A DNA stretch of 64,000 nt from Ptychomitrium polyphyllum (lineage: Eukaryota): positions 14,136,001 through 14,200,000 of the forward strand of contig OZ316775.1 in NCBI GenBank assembly GCA_973851085.1, given 5' to 3'. This document shows, piece by piece, positions 23,756 through 35,448 of the stretch. How positions within the stretch are numbered: the stretch's first letter is position 1; every line of letters begins with the position of its first letter. The translations under genes and the position numbers were made by a program. Under the pieces are notes generated by a model that ran no database searches, was not told the origin of the DNA, and saw only the letters and a program-made list of their open reading frames with translations.

Positions 23756-24790
23756 AGGGGCGAGGGCGAGGGTGATGTGATCGGTGGTTTCGAGGGGAAA
23801 GGTTGTTAATTGTGGTCGGGTTAGGGGCCAGTGCGTGTGTGGTAGGGCGGGGGAGCGGGAGATGTGCATGGTTTGGAGTTGATTGTGGGAGTGTGAGTGG
23901 TTTCGGGGGCGGCAAGGTGTTGTTGTTGTGTGTGTGTTTGGAATCGTGAGCAGGGAGGCGGAGTTTCGGGGAGGGAAATTGCAGAGGTGGAGGAGGCGAG
24001 GGAGGGAGGGAGGTGAAGGGGAGAGTGTGGTGGTTTTCATGTTGGTGGCGAAACGGTCAATCGTGAGCAGGGAGGTGGAATGACTCGATTGGCGGGGGGT
24101 TTGATTGAGAAGTGAGGGGGAGTGGAGGTGAGTGCATTGTAGGACTGCGTGTTGTGTGCTGGTGCACGGAGTTGATTGCTTTTGCTTGGGGATTCGTGCG
24201 GCCGGCTGTGCGGGGTTGGAGTGATCCTCGAGGAAGGTCGTGTTCTTGGAGTCTTTGTGCAACCGTAATTGGTGGTGTCGTTCTGGTCTTAGGTGGGGGA
24301 GTCTGTGTGATGTGATTGTGGTTAGCTTTGGGCTTGCGCGGGCCGATTTGGCGTGCTATTGAATTATCTGCGTTTAATTCACGTAGGTCTTGTTAATCTG
24401 TGGCGATAAGGAGGCTGACAGTTACGAGCGGCATGTTTATGAGGACCCATCTGAATCTTGCGTCAGAAGGAGGAGCGTGAGGTAGACCTTGTGGCCGATG
24501 AGACTGTTCTGAAGTAAGGTAGCGTAGTTCTTGAGTGAGCGTGCGAACCAGGTCAACAGCTGTACCAGCTTCTTCACTGAGCGCCTGATGTGGATTAGTT
24601 TGTGAATCTGTAGAAGTATGGAGGCGATGCTCGGTTGTGGCGATGTGCCTAGCGATGTAGGCATTTGGGGTATGTGGATTTGAGCGAAAAGGAATGGAAA
24701 GGACTACGGTTTTCAACAGAGGGACGGGAATCGGTGACATAGATGGTTCTATCGGGTTTGGCTCTGTCTATTTTGGGGCTGTTTAGGTAC

Positions 24791-27700
24791 ATGCGACAAG
24801 CAACGTCGGTTCCGTCGTCACGCGTTCATCAGCACTCCGCGACCTCGCTGTTACCCGACATGGAAGTCATATCTTTGAGGGAGGATGATCGGGTGGAGCG
24901 GGCGCAAAGAGAAATACATGCTGCTCTTTTGCATAACCCTGTCGTGGCGGAGCGGAGTCACACTGTCAGGGAACGGGAGTTAGCGATGGAGCGGGGGTTA
25001 GAAATTCAGGACCGAGAGACACACTTCATGTCGTCTGCGCGAGCACAGGCGCCCATGGCCTTGCGCTCAACGTCCAGTAAGCGCAAACTGGATGACTATG
25101 AGATAGGAATGGCTGAATCTTCTGTGTCTGCAACCTCTCAGGTTGGTGAAATTTACTCCATTCATGCATGCAGGATGTCATGTGAAATGTGTGCATTTGC
25201 GTCATAAGAACGTTGTCTGTTTCTAGGTCGACTGCTTAGGGGTCGTAAAGTCGCTTTTGGTGTACGGCATCCAAACCCCACGCATGTCGGTCAAGAAAGT
25301 GAAGAAAGTAAGTTCACTATTGCAGGTGCGGGCGAGAAGGGAGACAAGAGAAGATGTTCAGGAAGGGAGTGTGCCGGAGTCCAGCGGAAGGGAAAGGTTT
25401 GAGATAGGAATGTTAATGGGTGTAGGGGAAGCGCAGCCTCTTGATGGGGAAAGCCAAATGCGTGAAGAAGACGGGAACGCTGCCCTTGACGATGACTCGA
25501 CTTGGGAGGATGAGCCAAATTGGAATGGGAGCTCCTTGGAAGAAATTGGTGAGTCGAGTAAGGAACCTCCCGACAAAGTTGAGGACAACAGGGAAGAGGG
25601 CAGTGTACTTGAAGAGGTCAGTGAGGATCATGCTACCAGCCTTCAGGTCGTCTTGGGTGGACCTGCGATGGTCGTCGATTCTGGGAGCAGTCCATATGAG
25701 TTTCCAGCGGCAAGCGACCTCACAAACAGTTCATCAGTTGTAGGATTGATGCCCTCTTCTGGGGTAGTTACTTCTTTTGTTGAAGGTACCGAAGTTGAGC
25801 CTAGTGAGCCAGGAATCTTCGGGAGGAGGGATGACGATCTTGCATCATCGGATGTAGAGGTGGAAGGAGAACCTGAAGCTGATGACGAGTTATTTGTGAA
25901 AGAAATGGAAAGAGATGGGGGAGCTGGTGTTCAGGAAGAATCGGTTAGAGGGAGCTATGGAAGCTCGGGTACAGGGTTGATATCCAGACCTGGTGACTCC
26001 AGTGCAAGTAGCAGTACCAGCACCACCGCACTAAGCCTAACTGGTGGGAATTCAGCTGGGCGTATCAATGACGAAAGATTAGAGAGAATCGATGCATCCT
26101 CGGCCTTACCTATGGAGACGAGCCCTGCTCGTATCCAGTTCTTTGTGCGGACATATGTTCGTACAATTGTTCTGCATGCTCATGCATCTGATCTGGTGGA
26201 GTCTGTTCATCAACAAATTCTTGCAAAGACTGGGCTTCCCGTCTCAGAACAAAGACTAATTTTTGGTCGGCTCCAGCTGCAGCAAGACCAGACGTTGGAA
26301 TCGTGTCATGTCGTCAATGATGCCACACTGACCCTAGTTGCTCGGATGCGGAGTACTGCACTTCCTGCTTCGTGGCAGCTTATCAATGACCTTGTGTCTA
26401 CCATTAGGCTCATGTGTGCTGCAGGAGAACAACAGCTGGGTCTGAAGTTGATGCATTCACAAGATTGTGTGCGGGCAAGCGTGCAAGAATTTCTAAAAAT
26501 GGCTGTGAAGTCTGTGCCTATTTCTGAGCACATGCAGGTAAGGGTTATCCTTTGTCAAGAACTGTCTCTATTTTAGTTCTTTTGTGTTTCAGAATATGGT
26601 TGGCACAAAGAAATTCAAGGTTATCCTCCTATGGCTTTAGGAGGATCTGTTGTGTACTTTAGTTGTACTTACAGAGTGCAAATTGACATTACTCATTTTT
26701 TTGAAAGAGCAATGTCCATATGAAATTGAACTGAAAATTGTGTATTTGAAGAAATAGTATTGTTGTGATGAATGCGAGATTATTTTATGAGTTGGCATGA
26801 CTCATTTAGTACGTCTTCATCTGTTAGGCAAGGTCTAGATGATACTGACAAGATTTTGGGATTCAATGAGTGCAGGTTTTCGAGTTGGCTGGAGCAACAT
26901 CTGCCTTGGTCATGTTGCTTTTATCCCCCGTGGAGAGTAATAGAGAATGTGCTGAAGATGCCATCACCCTATTTCTATCTTCAAATGATGAATATCTGCC
27001 TGCAAGTATCCACTGCCATTGCGCACCTCTGCTTCTAGATTTCTGCAAGCTTCTAGCCAAAAGTGCTCCTAATCATAACCTATATGCATCCTGCCGACAA
27101 GCATTGGCTCGATTGCTTGACTCTGTGCTGGAAGCACACGGAAGTCCGTACTTCAATGAAGCTAAAGCAGACAGTATAGTTGAGGACTTCGCCCCTTTCG
27201 TGAACGAGCTCTCATCACGACTGACGCAGAATCTACGATATACTGCTAAGGCTTATTTGAGCAAGGAAACACCTGTGAGTTTTTCTTCATATGTGAAAGA
27301 AGCGAAGGACTTTACTGCATTTGTGATACCACTTTGCAAAGCTATGGAGGTTTGTAAGGGGGTAGATGCGTCTGGATCTGGAAGCAGTGCAAAAGGATCT
27401 ACAGTTGTGCTTACTGAGTGCCCTCATAGTACTGATGGTGCTACAGAATCTGAAGGGCAGCTGTCAGGTGAGACATTCTGTAACATTCCAGGTGGTATTT
27501 CTATCGATAAGGTTAGCTGTGGTCCTCTAAGTAGGCATTAAAATAGCTTGGGAGAGGTGAAGACGTATTATATAGGAGCTTTTGAAGTCTGGCTTATTAT
27601 AGCTCCTGGGACGTTTTCAAACTTAATATGTATTAAGTAAGATATGTCACCTCCCATGCCATGAGGGGTTTTCGGTGTGTAACATTCGACCTTAGCCTCC

Positions 27701-30341
27701 ATCAGTTGCACCTGTGTTTGTTATGGTTCTGCGGGTGCTTGAGTCTTTCTAGTGTTCCTGGGGAACTTGGTTTCAAAATGGAGTCTTCGTCGAAATTGAG
27801 TGCTTGTGCGAGAAGGATGTTTGTCTCAACTGTCTCTGGCCTGTAGATTTTGCTGAACTTGTTCGAGGTGTCTTTCTGGTATAGAAAAGGTCGTTGGATA
27901 CATTTCATCCTCACTCTCTAGTTGATGCATGTACGTGCAGAGTGCGATTTTGCAAAGAATGTAGCGGCTGGAGTGGGTGCTGAGATTGGATCTCATGGTT
28001 GGCTGCGGCAGTTGTTCAAAGATCTCCTACTCGAGATAGACAGCTGTCTGGAAGCTGTTGGGCTTGTGGCAGAACGGCAAAACGAGTCAGTTGAGCCTGG
28101 AGCGACCGCATCTGAGGAACGTCCCTTTGGATGGGCCCCGTTTCTTGTTGTTTTAAAGGGACTGCATGCCATTGCAAAGCTTTACGAGGGGGCGATGGTC
28201 GACTTTCTGGATATGCTGCTGGCGCGACGGATTTCGCTAAATATCTTGATTAGACAATCTCGGTGGCAGGTGAGTACTCCGCTGAAAACTCGGATTTTTA
28301 GTCGATAACTTACTAGTAGACTCTGGCGCTGTCAAGAAGGTTCCATGATCCTTTTCTAGCTTAGAATTTTGGAACGAGCAAATCTTCTGTGTGTGTCGTT
28401 CTGTGAATCTCCTAGAGTGTAATAGACAGTTTTTTTGTGGGGTTAAGGACGGGAATCCTGAAGTCAATGACATTTGAAGACTTTGGGTTTAGTAGGTTGA
28501 CTCAACAATTCAATAGGTTGATTTTACTTGTAATAGGTATGCACATCCTAGACGCCTAGCGTTGTGTAACGCACATGGAAAATCATTTGCATTGCTGGAG
28601 GTGACTACTGCACTCTATATTGCTAGTGGAATTCGATCTCAAGTTTTCTATGTGTTCTGTTTGTCATATTATGGAGTTTGTTCGATAAGGACATTGATGG
28701 TTGTTATAGTCGCATATACTTTCTCCTCAAAAACCTTGTGGCTGTAGCAGGACGATGATTTCTGGTTATTGGATCACAAGTCATTATTGGACTTTGAATC
28801 AAAGAGACGTTTGGTGATGGCTATGCTCCCTGAGCCTCAAGACGATCATGATGAGCGACAAGAGATTGTAGTGAAGCGAGCACAACTTTTGACAGAGTCA
28901 TTTGAGCTACTCGCATATGTTGAGCCTGAGGTATTACAGGGAGGTGTTTCTGTGGAGTTTGCCACTGAGGAAGCTACTGGGCCAGGGGTATTACGCGAGT
29001 GGTTTTCTATGATATGCCGAGAAATTTTCAACCCTCAAAATGCCCTTTTCTTGGCCTGTCCAAATGACAGACGAAGGTTTTTCCCAAATCCTGGTATGTC
29101 GAGTTTCTCTCTTTGCTTCTCTTGATGTTTTTTAGCTTATCAATGTCTTGGAATAGCTTTTGATACTACTTGGAAGATTGTTGTGCAAATATTCAGGTGG
29201 TTGTCTGATATTGCATATTAATTTCGAGATCTAATGTTGATATCTTTGGATCTTTAAAATTGCAGCATCTGGGGTTAATCCAGGACATCTTACGTACTTC
29301 AGATTTTGTGGACGAGTTATTGCCCTGGCGTTAATGCACCGTGTGCAAATGGATGTGGTATTTGCTTTATCTTTTTTCAAACAGCTGGCTGGGTTGCCCG
29401 TGCTGTGGGAAGATGCAAAAGATGCTGACCCATGTCTCTATGAAAGCTGTAAGAAGATTCTGGAGATGGATGCCGATTTGATCGACACCGACATCTTGGG
29501 TCTAACCTTCGTAAGTGAAGTTGAAGAGTTGGGTTCTCACAAGTCAATGGAGCTGTGTATGGGTGGAAAAGATATGGTGGTGACTAGTGAGAATCGCAGG
29601 CACTTTGTTGAATTGCTGGTCCAACGGCGGCTAGTAGCTTCAGTTGCTGAGCAGGTCAAATCATTCTCTCAAGGTTTCTCTGATTTGCTCGTGAACCGTA
29701 CCCATCAACAGTTCTTACGAGCCCTGGAACCTGAGGACATTGACCTAATGCTATATGGAAAAGATAGGAATATCTGTCTTGAAGATTGGAAGGCGCACAC
29801 TGAATACCATGACTACAATGCAACTGATGACCAGATAGTTTGGTTCTGGCAGGTGAGAATTGGTTTATTAAGAATTAACCAAGTGTGCTTTTCAAACTTG
29901 AGGTCTTCAAGCGTTGTCTTTCAGAAAATGATGTGGTCCTGTGTGCCACTATTCGTTGTTCCTGCTTGGTATTTCTGGTTCTAGAGCGATTTTTGGGTGT
30001 TCTTGAATATTCTTAGGCTCTTCGTGATACTAGGCGCATATGTATGCATGGTACTTAGTTACAGCGTGGATTGACAGGTTGTGGAGAAGATGACCTCAGA
30101 CCAGCGAAGAAGACTTCTCTTCTTCTCAACGTCAGTGACGCACTTGCCAGCAGAAGGCTTTGCAGGGCTTTCCTCAAAGTTCCATATCCACAGAGCCCAT
30201 ACCGACATAAGTTGGTTGCCAACTGCTCATACATGCTTCTATCAGCTGGTTCTTCCAGCTTACCCAACTTGTGAAATCATGTGTGCACGCCTGCTGGCCA
30301 TTACAGAGTGTCACATTGCGGAAGGTTTTGGCTTTGCTTAG
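24791..30341 (+). CDS. UPL5: HECT E3 ubiquitin ligase with N-terminal ubiquitin-like domain (UPL5-type), about 1225 aa
   Basis: Exons 24791-25141, 25326-26537, 26876-27467, 27941-28269, 28751-29093, 29266-29852 and 30078-30341, phase-consistent. KRKLDDY motif, Ub-like domain (IQFFVRT...EQRLIFGRLQL...NDATLTLVARMRST) and HECT motifs EEATGPGVLREWF, FNPQNALF, RRFFPNP, WFWQVV, LPTAHTCF (catalytic Cys). The start codon and exon 3 donor are best guesses. Confidence 0.93.
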
Positions 30342-32358
30342 TCAGGATGATATGGTAAAGATTGTAAAGACGTGTACACATTATCACAATGCACATATCC
30401 AGTCTCTTGTGGGAGGTAGGAATGTCCGTTGGGAGACTGCGGTACCTCCACCCGAGGCAAGGAACTTCACTTTTACTGCTGTACGTCAAGTTTGGTGATA
30501 GAGGCACATTACAGGGGTGGAAATCGATTTTTTGCTGTAAAATAATCCTAGGCACAGAGAACAGATGCCGCATCAAGTTGGGGCAGGACTTCGTAGCTTG
30601 TTCGAGGTATTCTTTATTGAACCAGGGTGGAGGGACTGGTTCTTTCATACGTGCTCTTTCCAGTCTCTTTGAGGAAATAAATGTGAATTTCTCTAGTTTG
30701 TAGAACCAGTGCTCTCTAGGTCGGTGGCAGTGAAGTAGAATCTTTTCGTTTCATTCCATGCTTGCATTGTAGTGGGACTAGAGCCAAGTCCTTTCCATGA
30801 CCTTGTATGGAACTTTTTGGTGTTAATATGTTCTCTCTTATCTTGAGGTTTTGGCCATTTAAACGAAGAGTCTTTATTATAATTAACTTGCATCATCATT
30901 GCTGTTCGGCTTTTGGGGAGTGTGATGCCGTGATGGCTTCTTCTGTGAAAGTCTTTTGTGTTATATTGTATTGTTGTCTTGTTTCAGAGGCCAAGGATAC
31001 TGTGGATTGATCAGCTATTAGTCACTCAAAACATGTCATGTGTGGACTGTTTCATTATATTCTTTCTATTTTAGAGTCTAGATAGCAGTTCTGGGAAAGT
31101 GGCGGGTCAGATCCAGTGACTCGAGGATTTCCTACTCCATAATTTATTGAATTTATACTTAGATTGTTGTGTACTAAGTAAGGCCCATGTTGCACTCATA
31201 TGAGGTAAGCGCGCCAGACTGAAGTTCTGAACAGAAATAATAATATTAATTACCCGATGATACTGGGTCGGTAAATAAGGAGAACACTACTCATGAAATT
31301 TTGATCCTTTGTGACTCCTAAACTTTCAGGTCTTATCTTAATGATCAGAATACAGTGCATTCATGCTCCAAGTTTACCATGAAAAGCATGTGCTGGATTC
31401 TCAGTGGATTCTCAGTGGCATTGACAAGGTGGCTACGGAGAGACCCAAGTCGGAGGACAATGTTCCATTGAGTATTGAGTTCACAAAACCTTGTGCAGGA
31501 AGATTATTCCTTTATGTATCTTGTATCTTGTGTAGTCAAGTTGAGTAGTCAAGTTAGACAAGTTGAGTATATTTGTGTATACAAGAAACTTGACTGTTAG
31601 TCTTTTATAGAAATTGACTATAAATAGATATTATATAAATAAGTTATTTACTAATGGTCACTAAATTGGGTGGCTAAGGAAATTTAGGAAGAAAATGAAA
31701 TATGAGGAGGTGATATCTAAGTAGATAGGTTACACAAGACAAATTGTCTAATTGCATAGACACCATCTATGAATCTTGATTTAATGTTTGAATTAAAGTA
31801 CATTTATCTTTTGAGGCTAATTATAATCAAGGTATATAATACTCATGGTTGGTCATTGATTCAAGTAAAAGTGACATAAATCTCCTGGCCTTAACCAAAT
31901 GTTTGATTCAATTGATTGTATAAGTGTTATTTTGACCTAATAGACAATCAATTTAAAAATCAAATGATAAAATGAAATAGTTGGTATAACAATTTGTTTG
32001 ATTGTTGATTAATTTGATTGTTCTACATAGTCTAAAATGAATGTTTATTTGAATGATAGACTATTATTTAAGTTAGTAAACAAATGATAATAGAAACTAT
32101 ATTATATTTAAATCAAAATACACAAAATGATATTGTTTATTCAGATTCAATATGCATAAATGATGATCAATAATCTATATTTATAATAATTATTGATTGT
32201 GTTAAATCAAAATTGTCAAATAGCCCTTCAATTTTTTTAATTTTTGAATCATATAGAATTAAAAAATAAATTATACATAATATCCAACTTGCAAGACTTA
32301 GGGCTATTTTTATATCAAAAATTCTTCATATGCATTATCATTGTAATTTCATTATGCA

Positions 32359-33510
32359 AGATTAATAAAAGAAGCATTTCATATTATTGAGAAAAAAGCT
32401 CCAATGATACATTGAGATGTGTTTGAATTTGTAGATCTTGCATAAAAAGACATTATGGATGCAGTAGGCTTTTATTAGATGATGTGTTATTTAAAGGAAA
32501 AGTATTTGTATATAAAGGCAAATTTTGATAAGTACTTATAGTATAAGATATGGTGGTTGGAAAGACATTAATGCTCTTATATTTGAAAGAATATGCAAGT
32601 TTTTTACCTATCATTAATACTTGTGTTACTAAATTAATTTCTTTTATATAAGATGATCATCAATAAGATGATTTTGCAAATTTTTTATTATGTATTGGAG
32701 AAGGACATCTTCCATTGTCAAATGAGGATTACAAACCTTTTGATTGCATTGCATTGCCACATGATATATGTATACCAATTGTTGTATACAAAAGTAATTT
32801 AATGATAAGATTCTTGCACCACATTTATCATAATTTTTGGAACATTTTGATGATGTCTAAGACATTATAGGAAAAGCCATCTTTACAACCATAATTTTAA
32901 TTGTAGATGGAATAGAGGGCTATGTAAACACCTTACTTCTTTGTGGAAAGGTTCAACATTAGTCAGTAGATTTATTTTTTCAATTTTTTTCAAAATTTGG
33001 CTTTATATCCAATTGGATTTTAAAGCTTTTATGCACTATATAGCTTACTACTACATTGAACATAATTGAAGCAATACTTGCTAATTATTTTGTTGTATAA
33101 ACCAAGTGCAACTATAAGTCTTTATAATGGTACTTGTTTAAAATGTTCTAAATTCCAAGGTCATTTGCTAGATGCAAAAATTGCCCTTAATAATCACATT
33201 TGTGAATATGTTCTAATTCCTTGCATATTATTAATTTTCACTAAATCATATTATTTAGATTCTTTTAAAAGATGTTAATTTCCAATGCGTCTTTCTTTAT
33301 CAATGAAAATAAACAAAGCTTAAATTTAGTCTTTAAAATTTCTTAGAATTTGTCTCCATCAACTACGTTTATTTGTGGTCAATTACATGTTGCAATGTTG
33401 CATGTAAATGAAAGATTCAATTTTCAATGTATTTTATCATTGATTAAGTATTTAAACAAACAATTTAAGACTGTAATCCAAATGTTGCATATAAAAGGAT
33501 TTTACAAGGT
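32359..33510 (+). mobile_element. Decayed Helitron RepHel PIF1-like helicase coding remnant
   Basis: Collinear helicase motifs across stops and frameshifts: LIKEAFHIIEKKAPMIH*DVFEFVD (cf. LIIWDEAPM...FEAVD), FKGKVFVYKGKF**VL (FGGKV..GGDFRQVL), FANFLLCIGEG, KAIFTT, SLYNGTCL (GLCNGTRL), VLIPCI (VFIPRI), FKRC*FPMRLSLSMKINKA*I*SL (FKRRQFPVRLSFAMTINKAQGQSL), GQLHVAMLHV (GQLYVALSRV), NVAYKRIL. Confidence 0.85.
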
Positions 33511-35394
33511 TTTTACCATATATAATCATTTTAAAAGTTTAAAAAAACTTTCATTTTCCATTAGCTTTTTAGTATAATAAAAATTTCCATTTTTTTTTGT
33601 TAATACACTAAGCTAAATTTAGAAATTAAAATTCTACAAAGTGAAAGGTCAAGGATAAATGGCAAAGTTAAGAAAAAACAATAAACTCATTGGAATTTGT
33701 AAATGAGATCTTTTAATATTGTTTCAATATTGTTTAAATTTTTCTATATCACATAAGACAAAATTTACCATATTTATCCAATATTGGAATATTATCTTTG
33801 TATTTTTATTTTTTTCAAAAGCAACAATATTTTAATATTAAAAGAAATGTTTCTTTCTTCATTTGAAATGAATACTTGAGTTTAATAGAAATTGAAAAAT
33901 AGTCATTTGATCCTTTGAAAAGAATATGAAATACAAGGCTTATTTTGTGTAATTTCTATACTTTATTATAAAACCAAATTAATTAAGATCCAATTTCCAC
34001 ATATTGGTGTAGATTTTCTTAATAAAAAAATATAATTACCAATTATTAGAAGAAAAGGATTCATTTGGAAAGTCATTTACTAGATCAAAATATGTAACAT
34101 AATATATGGAAGAGAGAGAAAAAGTTACTAATGTCATTAAGCAAATGCTTCCTAAAACATTTTTCAGTAATTATACACCTTATAAACATACTTGGAATCA
34201 CTATATTCAACAAAGATACTATATTAGAAACTTAAAGTAATATGGCCAATAATTAGCTACTCTTGGGTGCTTGGAGACTATTTGCAAATTTTACAAGGTT
34301 TCATTTGCAAAAAGAGTGCTACCATTTATAAGTATTAGTTCTTTGTTTTAAATTTCTACAAGTACATTTGAAGAATTTCTGCAGATAACTAATTCTTGCT
34401 TGTTCAAATTATACCAATCATAAGAAATACCTTGATAAATGTAAATGTTTTTTTATTAATGAAAGAAAGGCCTTGTATATTAAGTTGGATCATTTATTGA
34501 TGTATTAACTTTCAAAATATTTTTCAACACTTTTTCATAGCAATGGCAAATTTGACAGAAACCTTTCATCTTTCATAAACAAAACATGCATAATGCAAAT
34601 TTTTTTTGATTGACAAATTGTTGGTTTAAATAAAAGAAGTTATCAAATACATTCAGCATTTCAATAATCTATTATTTTGTAATATCTCTTAGAAAATTTA
34701 TTTCTACCTCTTTTGCCATAATATTAATTCCAACTTCAACACCATCTTTACAATGTTAGTATTAACTTCAATACCACCTTGATTAACTTTGTAAATCTCT
34801 ACCTATGTTTTTTTTTATTAACTTTTATACTTTTAAGAGAGAGGCAAGTTTTCAATTGTTAATAAAAGTACATCCTCAATTTATCAAAAAGATCTTTTAA
34901 ATTAAGATTTGTTGAATAAATTTTAAGATTACATATGATTTTTTATAAACAATTCAAATAAGCCAAGAACATTTTAATAATCAAATTAGCAATCAATTGT
35001 TTTTTCCTTCAACCAAAATTTTAATTTTTCAAGATTTTGTTTTTTTTTTGTTAATGAGAAATATTGCCGTAATGATTTGTAGTCAATAATATCATAGCTT
35101 TCCAAATCTAAATCAAAACAAAGGAATGCAATTAAATATAGGCTGAAGAAATGCTAATGGAAGGACACCTCTTGTAGCATCTTCCATACCATCACTTGTT
35201 GCTACAAGATAAAACTGCTTGCAACCACCAACACTAGATCCTAAATTGGCATGTATTTATGTGCACTTTCCTAGAGCTTTCAACATTTAAAAAATCACTG
35301 TAAAATAAATGAAATAAATAAGAGGGGGAGTTTGAAACTAATAATACAAATGAAACAAATGAGTCTAATGCAAATGGTGCCAGCCATTGAGTCA

Positions 35395-35448
35395 ACACAA
35401 GGAAACACAAGGAAACACAAGGAAAGCCAATAAAAGCCAATAAAAGCC
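35395..35448. repeat. Short 10-bp tandem repeats (ACACAAGGAA x3, AGCCAATAAA x2)
   Basis: Directly visible. Confidence 0.85.

Noticed and set aside
22729..24262. ORFs of 239 aa (+) and 248 aa (-) upstream of UPL5
   Set aside because: Low-complexity and microsatellite-driven (poly-W/C, LSSP repeats); consistent with promoter, 5'UTR and intron sequence.
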